Notes under the pieces: model-generated
Told to the model about the DNA's origin: nothing
Database searches by the model: none
What the model saw: the letters and a program-made list of their open reading frames with translations, nothing else
NCBI GenBank assembly: GCA_963717505.1
Contig: OY970342.1
Location: 3,296,001 to 3,360,000, forward strand
DNA: 64,000 nucleotides
Direction of reading: 5' to 3'
Source of the DNA: Candidatus Eiseniibacteriota bacterium
GTDB lineage: Bacteria > Eisenbacteria > RBG-16-71-46
Shown here: positions 41,576 through 54,584 of the stretch, in pieces
How positions within the stretch are numbered: the stretch's first letter is position 1
Layout of the letters: every line of letters starts with the position of its first letter
Translations under genes and position numbers: made by a program

Positions 41576-42359
41576 GGGACCAGCTCGGTCACCGGAGGAC
41601 CCACGTCGTTGGACACCGGCGGCACGGTTCGCAGATACCGGTACATCGCGCGCAGGTCGTCCTCGCTCATGCGCTGAAACCCCTGCCACGGCATCGGCGA
41701 GCCGGGCAGGACACGCCCGGCGCGAAAGCGTCCAACGAAATCGTCCTCGCTCATGCGGCCGAGTCGCCCGGTGGTCGAGTCGCTCGTGATGTTGGGGGGC
41801 GCCCACACGTGAACGGGTTGGCGAGCACCGTGGCTTTCACCACCTTGCCGAGCAGGCTGTAGCGGTGCGCGGGCACCGGATTCGCCACCGGGGCCTGGGA
41901 GCGCAGATACGACACCACCGCGACCAGATCCTCGTCGGAAAGTCCCTGCATTTCCATGAACGGCAGCAGCGCCCGCCCATCGGCTCCGACGCCATGCCGC
42001 AGCGCTCGGGCGATCGCGCCATCGCTGAACCCGCCGATACCCGTCTCGACGTCGGGAGTGATGTTGCGCGCGTAGAACGTGCCGGGCGGAATCTCCCAGG
42101 CAAACCCGCCGATGAGCGACACGTCGGCGCCCGCCATCGCTGCGGCGTGTTGTGTCGTGTCCCCATGGCACTGGGCGCAATTCGTGACGTTTCGCACCAG
42201 GTAGTGTCCGCGCGCGATCACGGCGGAATCGGTGCTGGCCGTGACGTCGGGGTAGGGGGGGTCGAACTTGAGATTCTGCCGCGAGCCGACGAATGCCGCT
42301 CCAGCCGCGATCACCAGCACCACCAATCCGACCAGGACCAGCAGGATCTTGCGCACCAC
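41572..42359 (-). pseudogene. Membrane-anchored c-type cytochrome, broken near 41815 (second heme region apparently missing)
   Basis: RGHYL...CAQCH, NITPD.ETGIG, MEM..LSDEDL; frame switches to VWAPPNITSD...MPW....MSEDDLRAMY.YL with no second CxxCH. Confidence 0.7.
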
Positions 42360-42425
42360 GGACGGCCCTCCTTGAAATGTTTCGGCCCCGGGAGCGGGAA
42401 CCCCGGGGCGCGAACGGAACTCGCG

Positions 42426-43172
42426 TCAGCCCTGCTCGTCGATGATCACCGGATCGTTCTGCTCCGGCCAGTGTCGTTTGCCGTCGAACTCGATCTGGTG
42501 ACCGGATCGGCTCGCCTTGGTCTCGAGATAGAAGCGGTTCCACTCGGTGGCCGGAATCACGTGCGGAATGCGATCGTTGACCCGGACCCCGAGTTTCCCG
42601 AGTTCCTCGACCTTCTTCGGGTTGTTGGTCATCAGACGGATCGATCCGACGTTCAGGCTCGCCAGCATGTGAGCGGCAACCTCGTAGTCACGTTCATCGT
42701 CCCGAAAGCCCAACGCCAGGTTGGCGTCGACCGTGTCGAGCCCCTGGTCCTGAAGAGCGTAGGCGCGCACTTTGTTGATGAGCCCGATGCCTCGGCCCTC
42801 CTGGCGCATGTAGAGAACCAGGCCACGTTCCATCGTGCCGATCTTCTGCATGGCGACTTCGAGCTGATCCCGGCAGTCGCAGCGCAGGGAGCCCATCACG
42901 TCGCCGGTCAGGCACTCGGAGTGAAGCCGGGTCGGCACTTCCTCGGAGCCCATGACGTCGCCGTGCACCATCGCGACGTGCTCCTTGCCGTCGCGATTGT
43001 TCCAGAAGGCCACGATATGGAAGCCGCCAAACCGGCTCGGTAGTTTGGCAACCGCCTCGACCCGAACGCAGATGTGGTGGGGGCCGAGTCCGTCGCAATC
43101 GTGGTCCCGGTCGCGCTCGACCAGCTGTTCGAGCGTGTCGACGCGCGGGAACTTACCGCAGGGCTGGGTCAT
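42426..43172 (-). CDS. ribA: GTP cyclohydrolase II
   Basis: RLHSECLTGDVMGSLRCDC, QEGRGIGL, DERDY, LMTNNPKK. Confidence 0.95.
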   Translation of the reverse strand: MTQPCGKFPRVDTLEQLVERDRDHDCDGLGPHHICVRVEAVAKLPSRFGGFHIVAFWNNRDGKEHVAMVHGDVMGSEEVPTRLHSECLTGDVMGSLRCDCRDQLEVAMQKIGTMERGLVLYMRQEGRGIGLINKVRAYALQDQGLDTVDANLALGFRDDERDYEVAAHMLASLNVGSIRLMTNNPKKVEELGKLGVRVNDRIPHVIPATEWNRFYLETKASRSGHQIEFDGKRHWPEQNDPVIIDEQG

Positions 43173-43230
43173 GAGCCGACCATAGCATGACCCGTCATCC
43201 CTATTGCATCGGCGTTCGCCACGACCTCAG

Positions 43231-43267
43231 AAAAGGACCGCCCCGCTCGGCGAGGTCGAGCGGGGCG
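43231..43267 (-). terminator. Rho-independent terminator downstream of the di-heme protein gene
   Basis: CGCCCCGCTCG/CGAGCGGGGCG 11-bp stem followed by TTTT on the minus strand. Confidence 0.75.
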
Positions 43268-43309
43268 ATCGTTTCGTGGTGCTGGTGCACGCAGTCGACG
43301 TTGATGAAC

Positions 43310-44590
43310 CTACAATGACTTCAAGAACGCCATGAGCGCTTGCCGCTCACGAGAGTCGAGCCGGGTGAATGCCCGACGCGAATCCCTCGCCTGGCCCGCA
43401 TGCGCGAGAATCGCCGCCTCCGCGGTCTTCGCCCGACCGTCGTGGAGGAACGTGGGCCGCGACTTCAAACCCCAGAGTGGCGCCGTCCGCATCTCGCGAG
43501 CACCCGCCTGTCCCTGAACGATGCCATCGCCGAGCTCGCCCATGTCGTGCAGCAGGAAGTCCGAGAAGGGTTGGAATGTCTTGTTCGACAGGGCCGGCAC
43601 CGGATTGGAACCCGTGACGTGCGTCGGCGTGTGGCAGTTGACGCAACCGATGTTCTGGAAGACGCGGGCTCCGGCGTCGGTCAGATTCGACCTGGCGCCA
43701 CGCGGCGGCGGACCCAGGAGGGTCATGAACGCGGTAAACAACTCGACGCCCTCGCCGTCGTCATTCAAATCCGGCGCCGGGTTGAAGTCCAGAGCTTCCT
43801 GGTCGCCCTGCGGCACACTCTCGTTCGGGAACTCCGGATTCGTGATTCCCATCTCGTTCAAGTAGGCATCGCCCGAGAACTGGTGCAACGTCGGGACCTG
43901 AGCCTTCCAGCCGAAACGTCCGACCCGCAACGCGCCGGTGCGAATCTCGCGTACCATGTTCGGCGTACCCGCCGTCGAGGGTGTTTTCCGAGCTTGTTGC
44001 CGTGCGAGTTCAATCAATGCCTGATCGGGAACGGCGTCCACCAGACCGAGACCGAACAGCGGCGTGGTGACTCTCGAGGCACTCACGTTTGCCCGACGAG
44101 GCACGATCTCGGGAATGAACGTGAAGAATCTCCGGCGGCCGGTCCTGATGCGACCAATCGCCTGATCCTGAATGAGTGAGCCTCCGAGACGATCCAGTGG
44201 ATCGAACCGCCCGCGTTCCCACTTTCCGAAGCGAGTCTCGACCCGCCCGGTCGTGCCACCGATCGGGGCGTCGTGGCACACGACACAGCCCGCCTCATTG
44301 AACACCGGGCCAAGACCGTCCTCGACAGTCTCGATCTCCTGGAAGTCCTCGCGGCCATCATTGAACCGCGCCAGATCCTCCGGACTGAGGCCGCCGATCG
44401 GACCTCCGAGGGTCGTGGCCAGGGCAAGGTCGCCGGTCTGATTGAGGATCGACGTGGTGTCCTCATGCGCCGACTCGAACGGCGCGGTGTTGACGGGTTT
44501 TTCGCGAGAGCACCCGGCGAGCGCGAGACTCGCGACCAAGGCGATTGCGAAGGACGTCGCCGAGTGAATGGATGAACGGTGCGGAGTCAT
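43310..44590 (-). CDS. Di-heme oxidoreductase (DHOR)-family lipoprotein
   Basis: Lipobox LAGC, GLGPVFN..GCVVCH, PLFGLGL, GRFGWKA, GCVNCH, LLHDMG, RTAPLWG, LHDGRA. Confidence 0.9.
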   Translation of the reverse strand: MTPHRSSIHSATSFAIALVASLALAGCSREKPVNTAPFESAHEDTTSILNQTGDLALATTLGGPIGGLSPEDLARFNDGREDFQEIETVEDGLGPVFNEAGCVVCHDAPIGGTTGRVETRFGKWERGRFDPLDRLGGSLIQDQAIGRIRTGRRRFFTFIPEIVPRRANVSASRVTTPLFGLGLVDAVPDQALIELARQQARKTPSTAGTPNMVREIRTGALRVGRFGWKAQVPTLHQFSGDAYLNEMGITNPEFPNESVPQGDQEALDFNPAPDLNDDGEGVELFTAFMTLLGPPPRGARSNLTDAGARVFQNIGCVNCHTPTHVTGSNPVPALSNKTFQPFSDFLLHDMGELGDGIVQGQAGAREMRTAPLWGLKSRPTFLHDGRAKTAEAAILAHAGQARDSRRAFTRLDSRERQALMAFLKSL

Positions 44591-45097
44591 CAGGGCCTCC
44601 TGTGGAGTGCGGGATCGCCACAAAGCGGAGGCTCGCGCGGGGTGCGCAAGCGCTTTTGAGGTAGCAAAAGGCTACGTTGCGCATGGCACCTGACAAAGCA
44701 AAATATCCATCTCGAGCGCTCGATACAGGCTCATCGATGTCAATTCATGCGATGCAAAAAGTGACAACGCTGATTTCATCTCCGTTTCTCCGTTCGAGGA
44801 GATCAAACTCGAATCGGAGCGATAGCGAGATGCACTTTTAGAATCCGCGGGCAACGCACCGTGCGGTGGGAGGTTGCGGCGGCCCGGACTCGCCGTGAGT
44901 GATTCGTCGATCACTTCGATCTGCTCGCGGATGGTCGCGTCGCGATGAGACGCGACGGGCAGGATCCTGCATCGTGTTGTGCCGGTTGGCCTCGAACCAA
45001 TCGTGCCGTGTTTTCTAAAGTGAACCGCCCAATCTCTGGCCGCTCGCCGCCGCGGGGGAGCGCGGGCTCGAAACCCGACCTGAGGTAGACTCCCGCG

Positions 45098-48175
<3,078 letters not shown>

Positions 48176-48221
48176 CCAGGTTTCGAGAGAATCCCCTAGG
48201 CGGTAGCGGCACCAAGTCACA

Positions 48222-48251
48222 CCGCCCGTCCTGCGCAGGGCCCGCTCGTCC
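48222..48251 (+). promoter_or_regulatory. Two direct repeats CCGC(C/T)CGTCC, putative LytTR operator
   Basis: Copies at 48222 and 48242 (period 20), about 90 bp upstream of the hydrolase-LytS-LytTR operon; same motif as the reverse complement of the 23763 repeats. Confidence 0.55.
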
Positions 48252-48340
48252 GCCCGGCGGCCCGTCGCTACCAATCCTGCACCTTTAGACCTTCTTTGCG
48301 CGTTGAATGGAGCAACCTTTCAACCCAAAGGAGGATGGTC

Positions 48341-49303
48341 ATGAACCGGTTCACGGAAAGCAGACTCGTCACCATGGCCTCGGTACTGGCCGCCGCAATC
48401 ACGACCCTGATTGCCATCCCGCTGCCCCAACCGCTGGTTGCCGCGGTTTCTGCCAGCCGCTACGAGAACCCCGTCCTGCGCGTCGATGTGACAGGCAAGG
48501 GACGGCCGATGGTGCTGATCCCGGGGCTCACCTGTTCGGGCGACGTCTGGCGCGATGCGGTGTCGCGGTACTCGGACCGCTACGAGTGCCACGTCGTGAC
48601 CCTCGGTGGCTTCGCCGGGCGCCCGCGCTTCGAGGGCCCGTTCATCGACACGGCCCGCGACTCCTTGCTCGCCTACGTTCGTGCACGCAGACTGGCTCGC
48701 CCTGTGTTCGTCGGTCACTCACTGGGTGGCGTGCTCGCCCTCGAGTTGGCGGCCGCGGCGCCGGACGCGATGGGTCCGTTGGTGATCGTGGACGCGCTGC
48801 CGTTCCTCGGCGGCGCTGGCGACACGGCGGCAACTTCCGAGTCGGCACGCAAAGCCATGGAACCGATGTGGATGATGATGCGCGGTCAAACCCAGGAGGC
48901 CTACGCCGCCTACCAGCGTCAGGCGCCTTACCTCAAGAGCATGGTGGCGCCGGGGCCCAACTACGACCGGGTCGTCGAATGGGCCGCGGCGTCGGATCGG
49001 ATCGCGGTGGCCGACGCCATGTACGACCTCAGCTCTCGTGACCTGCGCGGAAAGCTCACCTCGCTGCGTTCGCCGGTCCTCGTGCTCGGTTCCTGGTATG
49101 GCATGAGGAGCTTCTCGACGCGCGAGGCGGTCGAGGCTACGTTCCGCAGGCAGTACGCTCGGGCGCCACAGTGGCAACTGGCGCTCGCGGACACCGCACG
49201 ACATTTCATCATGCTGGACTCTCCGGAATGGACCTGGACCCAGATGGACGCGTTTCTCGGCGCTGCGGCTTCGAGCGCGCCATCGACCGCGGGCGGGCGG
49301 TGA
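48341..49303 (+). CDS. Secreted alpha/beta hydrolase
   Basis: GGAGG RBS, signal peptide, LIPGL, GHSLGG nucleophile elbow, HFIMLD. Confidence 0.9.
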   Translation: MNRFTESRLVTMASVLAAAITTLIAIPLPQPLVAAVSASRYENPVLRVDVTGKGRPMVLIPGLTCSGDVWRDAVSRYSDRYECHVVTLGGFAGRPRFEGPFIDTARDSLLAYVRARRLARPVFVGHSLGGVLALELAAAAPDAMGPLVIVDALPFLGGAGDTAATSESARKAMEPMWMMMRGQTQEAYAAYQRQAPYLKSMVAPGPNYDRVVEWAAASDRIAVADAMYDLSSRDLRGKLTSLRSPVLVLGSWYGMRSFSTREAVEATFRRQYARAPQWQLALADTARHFIMLDSPEWTWTQMDAFLGAAASSAPSTAGGR

Positions 49304-49319
49304 CGTCCGCTCGAACGCA

Positions 49320-50363
49320 ATGAAGACCGAAACGCGTCCCAGCCGCGCCTATTGGATCTGTCAGGTGGCCGGCTGGGGCGCCTTTGGCCTGGTTGGCGTG
49401 GGAATGTCCCATGCCTTCGGCTATGGCAGCCCGCGCATGGACGCGACCACGCTGCTGGGTTCAGCGATCGGTGGAATGGCGTCCCACCTGTGGCGCGGCG
49501 TCCTCCTGCGCCGGGGCTGGCTGGCACTGGGATTCGCGCAACTGCTGCCCAGGCTGGTGGCCGGCGTGTTGGTCTCCGCGTTGGTTGCCGAGGTCGCGGT
49601 GTGGCAGGTGGGGCTCCACGTCACTCGCGCGTACACATGGCAGACCAGCACACGCGGGGTGATGTTCGCCACCTCATTCAACTGGATCTTCACGTTGTTC
49701 CTGTGGACCGCCCTCTATGTCGGCAGCCATTGGTTCGCGCGCTGGCGCGATAGCGAGATCCAGCGTCTGCGGCTCGAGGTGCTGGCGCGTGACGCCCAGC
49801 TCGACGCGCTCACGGCCCAGCTCCAGCCTCACTTCCTGTTCAATGCCATGAACGTGCTGCGCGCGCTCATCCACGAAAACCCGGCGCGGGCGAGCGAGTT
49901 GGTCACCGAGCTTTCGGACCTGATGCGCTACGCCCTCCAGGCCGGGCGTCGCGAGCGCGTGAAGCTCGCGGAGGAGCTGGCCACGGTCGAGAGCTACCTC
50001 CGGGTCGAATCGGCGCGCTTCGAGGAACGCCTGCGCTGGCGCGTCGAAGCCGAGGCCGACGTCCGCGACCGGATGTTGCCGCCGATGCTGCTGCAGATGC
50101 TGGTCGAGAACGCCGTCAAACACGGCATCGCCGCCAGCGAAACCGGCGGCGACGTGGTGGTGCGCGCGGAGCTCGTTGACGGCGTGGTTCGGCTGCGGGT
50201 CACGAACCCGGGTCGGCTCGGCGGCTCGGGCGGCACGCGCATCGGGCTCGCCAACGCGCAGGAGCGCCTGCGTCTCCTCTATGGGGGGCGGGCAGCGCTT
50301 CGGCTCACGGCGGTGGACGACGTCGTCGAAGCCGAGGTCACGCTACCGGCGGAGTCGTCGTGA
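49320..50363 (+). CDS. LytS-family sensor histidine kinase
   Basis: YWICQVAGW, AQLQPHFLFNAMN, LVENAVKHG, IGLANAQERL. Confidence 0.93.
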   Translation: MKTETRPSRAYWICQVAGWGAFGLVGVGMSHAFGYGSPRMDATTLLGSAIGGMASHLWRGVLLRRGWLALGFAQLLPRLVAGVLVSALVAEVAVWQVGLHVTRAYTWQTSTRGVMFATSFNWIFTLFLWTALYVGSHWFARWRDSEIQRLRLEVLARDAQLDALTAQLQPHFLFNAMNVLRALIHENPARASELVTELSDLMRYALQAGRRERVKLAEELATVESYLRVESARFEERLRWRVEAEADVRDRMLPPMLLQMLVENAVKHGIAASETGGDVVVRAELVDGVVRLRVTNPGRLGGSGGTRIGLANAQERLRLLYGGRAALRLTAVDDVVEAEVTLPAESS

Positions 50364-51064
50364 GGGCGCTGATCGTAGACGACGAGCCACTGGCTCGCCG
50401 CGAGCTGCGCCGGCTACTGGAGGTGCATGCCGAAGTGCAGGTCGTGGGCGAAGCGGGAGGCACGGCGGAAGCCGAACGCCTATTGACGGACCTCGGCCCC
50501 GACCTGCTGTTCCTCGACATCCAGATGCCCGGCCGCACCGGCTTGCAGCTCCTCGAGTCGCTGGACGACGCGCCCCAAGTCATTTTCACAACGGCTCATG
50601 ACGAGCACGCGCTCCGAGCGTTCGAGCTGGGCGCGCTCGACTACCTGCTCAAGCCGATCGCGCCCGCGCGACTGGCCACCGCACTCGACCGGGTGCGACA
50701 GCGACTGGCCACACCTGCGACCAACACCCTGTCCATGAACCGGCCGCTGCTGGTGCGTGAACGCGACCAGGCGTGGCTCGTGACTCTGAACGACGTGTCG
50801 GTGATCGAGGCGGCGGGCAACTACGTTCAACTCCACCTCCGCGAACGCCGGCCGCTCCTGCTCCATGCCCTCGGCGCGCTCGAGCGGCGCCTGGATCCCG
50901 ATCACTTCTTCCGGGCCAGTCGGAGCATCATCGTGAACCTCGACCACGTCGAGCGTTTCGACACCGGCGTTCGGCTCGAACTGATCGCCCACCTGCGTGA
51001 CGGCAGGATCGTCGCGTTCTCCCGACGCCAATCGATGGAGTTCCGCCGGCAAAGGGGTCTGTGA
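50360..51064 (+). CDS. LytTR-family response regulator
   Basis: ALIVDDEPLAR, FLDIQMP, DYLLKP, FFRASRS. Confidence 0.94.
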   Translation: MRALIVDDEPLARRELRRLLEVHAEVQVVGEAGGTAEAERLLTDLGPDLLFLDIQMPGRTGLQLLESLDDAPQVIFTTAHDEHALRAFELGALDYLLKPIAPARLATALDRVRQRLATPATNTLSMNRPLLVRERDQAWLVTLNDVSVIEAAGNYVQLHLRERRPLLLHALGALERRLDPDHFFRASRSIIVNLDHVERFDTGVRLELIAHLRDGRIVAFSRRQSMEFRRQRGL

Positions 51065-52176
51065 GCATGGCGAGGATTCCCTTGATCCGACGCATCGTGC
51101 ACATCGACATGGACGCGTTCTACGCGTCGGTCGAGCAACGCGATCGGCCGGAGCTCAGCGGCCGAGCGGTGGCGGTTGGCGGTTCACCTGACTCACGCGG
51201 CGTGGTCGCCGCCGCCAGCTACGAGGCGCGCCGGCACGGCGTTCGGTCGGCCATGCCGATGAGCCGAGCTATCCGCCTCTGTCCCGACCTCGCGATCGTG
51301 CCGCCGGACTTCGCGAAGTATCGATCGGTCTCGCAACAGGTGTTCGCGATCCTCCGCGAGGTCACGCCACTGGTCGAGCCGCTCTCGCTCGACGAGGCCT
51401 ATCTCGACGTGACCGAGAATTCCTGGGGGGAGCCCCTCGGGGTGGATGTGGCGAGGCGGCTCAAGGCCGCCATTCTCGAGATTACCGGGCTCACCGCCTC
51501 GGCGGGGGTCGCACCCAACAAGTTTCTGGCGAAGATCGCTTCGGGGTGGCGCAAGCCTGACGGCCTGACCGTAGTGGCTCCGGAACGGATCGAGTGGTTC
51601 CTCCAGCAGCTTCCGGTGGACGCTCTGTGGGGTGTTGGCCCGGTGACCGCGCAGCGCCTGCGCGCGCGTGGGATCGAGCGCGTCGTCGACATCCGGACAG
51701 CCGACCCCGAAGCCCTACGCGCCACTGTGGGTAGCTCGACCGAATGGCTCCAGCGACTCGCGGTCGGCGAGGACGACCGACCCGTGGAGCCGAACCGGCC
51801 GTCCAAATCGTCGTCATCGGAATGCACCTACCCGGAGGACCTGATCGATCTCGAGCGCATCCGCGACGAGATCGCGACGATGGCGCGGGACAGCGCTCAC
51901 TGGCTCGCCCGCAAAGGGATCGTGGCGCGGACCGTGACGATCAAGGTGCGCTACGGCGACTTCACCACCATCACGCGGAGCCATTCCCAAGAGGCGACCA
52001 GCGATCCGGACGAAATCGTTCAGCGCGCGGTCGCTCTGCTCGACAAGACCGAGGCCGGCCGGCGCCCCGTGCGACTACTCGGCGCCGGCGTCCACAACCT
52101 GCAGCCCCTCGGGGAGTCCCGAGCCGGAGAAGCCACCGACAGCGAGCAACTGCGGTTCGAGGACCCGCCCGGCTAG
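51061..52176 (+). CDS. dinB: DNA polymerase IV
   Basis: HIDMDAFYASVE, SYEAR, SLDEAYLD, NKFLAKIAS..RKPDG. Confidence 0.96.
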   Translation: MSMARIPLIRRIVHIDMDAFYASVEQRDRPELSGRAVAVGGSPDSRGVVAAASYEARRHGVRSAMPMSRAIRLCPDLAIVPPDFAKYRSVSQQVFAILREVTPLVEPLSLDEAYLDVTENSWGEPLGVDVARRLKAAILEITGLTASAGVAPNKFLAKIASGWRKPDGLTVVAPERIEWFLQQLPVDALWGVGPVTAQRLRARGIERVVDIRTADPEALRATVGSSTEWLQRLAVGEDDRPVEPNRPSKSSSSECTYPEDLIDLERIRDEIATMARDSAHWLARKGIVARTVTIKVRYGDFTTITRSHSQEATSDPDEIVQRAVALLDKTEAGRRPVRLLGAGVHNLQPLGESRAGEATDSEQLRFEDPPG

Positions 52177-52817
52177 CTTCCGAACCGCTCGAAGCGGTAC
52201 GCGATCGCCGGATCGTCGCCGACCTCGTACGCGAGCTGTGCGATGAGCAGCGTGAACGGCTCCGCGTATCGGGCCATCCGCAGTGGGCCAACATCCACCG
52301 GATCGAAGCCCACGTCGCGGATCAGTTCCGCGGCGACCTCCTTGGCCCCGGCGTCGTCGCCGCAGTACAACATGGAGGGTCGGCTCGCCTTGCGCCGAGC
52401 CTCGAACACGCCGAACAGCACCTCGCTGGGCACGGTCCCGAACGCCGAAACGATCCGAGCTCCCGGGACCTTTGTTGCGAGTGCCTCGGCGCCCGACGAG
52501 GTGTGGGCCACGACCAGCGCGCTGTCGTCCGCGCTCATCGGGAGCACGCAGCTGACGATCACCTTGTCCGACACGTCTCCTGCCTGCTTCAACACGTCAT
52601 CGACCCGGGACCAATGAACGGCGAGGAGCAGGACGTCCGCGTCGCGCGTGGCTTCGGCCGGCGTGCCCGCTCGCGCCTTTCCCTGAGCCTCGCGTGCGAG
52701 GCGCTCCAGCTTCTGATCGCTGCGCGCATAGCTGAACACCACGTCATGCCCGGCGCGCGCGAACAGCGTGCCGAGCTTGCCGCCCATCAGGCCGGAACCG
52801 AGAATACCTATGCGCAT
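52173..52817 (-). CDS. NADPH-dependent F420 reductase-like NADP oxidoreductase
   Basis: MRIGILGSGLMG, CGDDAGAK, GFDPVDVG. Confidence 0.88.
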   Translation of the reverse strand: MRIGILGSGLMGGKLGTLFARAGHDVVFSYARSDQKLERLAREAQGKARAGTPAEATRDADVLLLAVHWSRVDDVLKQAGDVSDKVIVSCVLPMSADDSALVVAHTSSGAEALATKVPGARIVSAFGTVPSEVLFGVFEARRKASRPSMLYCGDDAGAKEVAAELIRDVGFDPVDVGPLRMARYAEPFTLLIAQLAYEVGDDPAIAYRFERFGS

Positions 52818-52911
52818 GTCGCTTCTCCCGGCGTTATGATCTTCACGTCGATGCGTGCCGTTCGGACGGCTGCTCGGCTCGCCGCACCGGTAATCGGAGG
52901 ATTCTAGCGCG

Positions 52912-53529
52912 ATGTCCAAGCGCGAGCACTGGGAAGGGATCTATCAGCGTAAGGGCTCGGACGAGGTCAGTTGGTACCGCCCGCACCTCGACTGTTCGCT
53001 CCGCTTCATCGACGACGCCCAGCTGCCGCTGACCGCCTCGATCCTCGACGTCGGGGGTGGGACCTCGACTCTCGTCGACGACTTGCTCGATCGGGGCTAT
53101 CGGAGTGTGACGGTCCTCGACCTGTCGGCGAGCGCTATCGATGTGGCAAAGCAGAGGCTAGGCGAGCGGGCGGCAACCGTGACTTGGCTGGTGGGGGACG
53201 TCACGGAGATCGCGCTCCCCGAGCAGCAATTCGATTTCTGGCACGATCGAGCAGTGTTTCATTTTCTCACCGACGAGGCCGCTCGTGGGCGATACGTCGC
53301 GGCGGTTCGCCGCGCGTTGAAACCGAACGGGCATATCGTCGTGGCAACGTTTGGCACTTCGGGCCCCGACCGATGCAGCGGGCTCCCCGTCGTGCGGTAC
53401 AGCGCGGAAGGTATCCACGAGCAGTTTGGAACCGCGTTCAGGAAGGTTGGCGGCGACACCGAGATCCATCACACTCCATGGGGCAACGAGCAGGAGTTCG
53501 TGTACTGCTACTGCCGCATGCCCGGCTGA
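52912..53529 (+). CDS. Class I SAM-dependent methyltransferase
   Basis: ILDVGGGTS, WHDRAVFHFL, GPDRCSGL. Confidence 0.92.
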   Translation: MSKREHWEGIYQRKGSDEVSWYRPHLDCSLRFIDDAQLPLTASILDVGGGTSTLVDDLLDRGYRSVTVLDLSASAIDVAKQRLGERAATVTWLVGDVTEIALPEQQFDFWHDRAVFHFLTDEAARGRYVAAVRRALKPNGHIVVATFGTSGPDRCSGLPVVRYSAEGIHEQFGTAFRKVGGDTEIHHTPWGNEQEFVYCYCRMPG

Positions 53530-53568
53530 CCTCCACTATCGCGGGCTCGAGCACTGACCAGAGCAGCC

Positions 53569-54393
53569 CTACCCCTCGCGCTTCGCCGTCAGGAACACCT
53601 CAGGATCGGCGATCGTGAGCTGGCTGACGCGAGCACCCGCACGGGCGAACGCGATGCGCACCGAAGGCACGCCGCTCGGGAAGAACACGAGCTCTCCCGT
53701 GTGCATGAGCATCCGCCGCGTCCCCCCGGGTCGCTGGATCCCGAGCTTGTCGGACTTCACGTCAACGTCGAAGAGGTCCTGCTCGCCGGTGCCGTACACG
53801 TAGCGCCCCATGACGGCATCCCGATCCGCAGTTTCCAGCGGCCGCGTCGCGGCGCCCTGGTCGGCATCCCCGAGGCCCGCGAGGTAGGCGACGACGGGTT
53901 CCGCGTCCTTGCCGCCGGCCCGCGCGTGATTCATCAACGTGATCCCGTGCGGACCCAGGGTGCGCTGACATCCCGGCACCGCGGTGACGAACGCTTTCAC
54001 CACGTCGAGTTGTCCGAGCATTGCGGCCGAGAAGAGCGTGGGGTGCGCGCCACCGGCCAGGAGCATCAGCGCGATCTCACGGCCTCCCGTGTGTGCTGCG
54101 GCACCCAGCCCTGTCTCCCAGTCACCGAATCCCCAGTCCCAGGAGGCACTCGCCAGCGCGGGCTGGGCCTCGAGCATCTTGCGCACCTCGATCGGATCTC
54201 GATGAGCGAGCCCGACGAACTTCTCGACGACGGCGAGGTCGACCCGGGGGAAGCCCGCATGCAGGATGGAAGCAACCGCCGGCGGTGCCGGCTCGGCGGC
54301 CGTAACCACCGGGTGCAAGCTCCGGGCGACACCGGCGCCGGCGAGCACCGAGACCCCGGCGATGAAGCGGCGGCGCGAAACGGTTCGAGTCAT
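53569..54393 (-). CDS. Tat-exported ankyrin-like protein with C-terminal beta domain
   Basis: SRRRFIAG Tat motif, WDWGFGDWETGLGAAAHTG, LFSAAMLG, GPHGITL. Confidence 0.8.
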   Translation of the reverse strand: MTRTVSRRRFIAGVSVLAGAGVARSLHPVVTAAEPAPPAVASILHAGFPRVDLAVVEKFVGLAHRDPIEVRKMLEAQPALASASWDWGFGDWETGLGAAAHTGGREIALMLLAGGAHPTLFSAAMLGQLDVVKAFVTAVPGCQRTLGPHGITLMNHARAGGKDAEPVVAYLAGLGDADQGAATRPLETADRDAVMGRYVYGTGEQDLFDVDVKSDKLGIQRPGGTRRMLMHTGELVFFPSGVPSVRIAFARAGARVSQLTIADPEVFLTAKREG

Positions 54394-54584
54394 GCAAGAC
54401 CTCCCAGGCCGATCTGAGCCCGAAGCCTCGCACAGCCTATGCACCTCGTCGTCGTCCGACGTCCCAGTGCGTGAATGTCCGTGACCAGCGCCCAGCGCAA
54501 CCCAGTGGAGGACCGGCCCGTATGGCCCAGCATGACCGGAGACCGGCGTAAGGGAGTACCTGTTCCGCCCGCGCGGGACCCGCG

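Noticed and set aside
42385-42409. GCCCCGGG/CCCGGGGC hairpin between ribA and the cytochrome gene
   Set aside because: 8-bp GC stem without a U-tract; expected by chance at this GC content.
43173-43230. Possible FMN riboswitch upstream of ribA
   Set aside because: No RFN consensus, and ribA appears to be leaderless.
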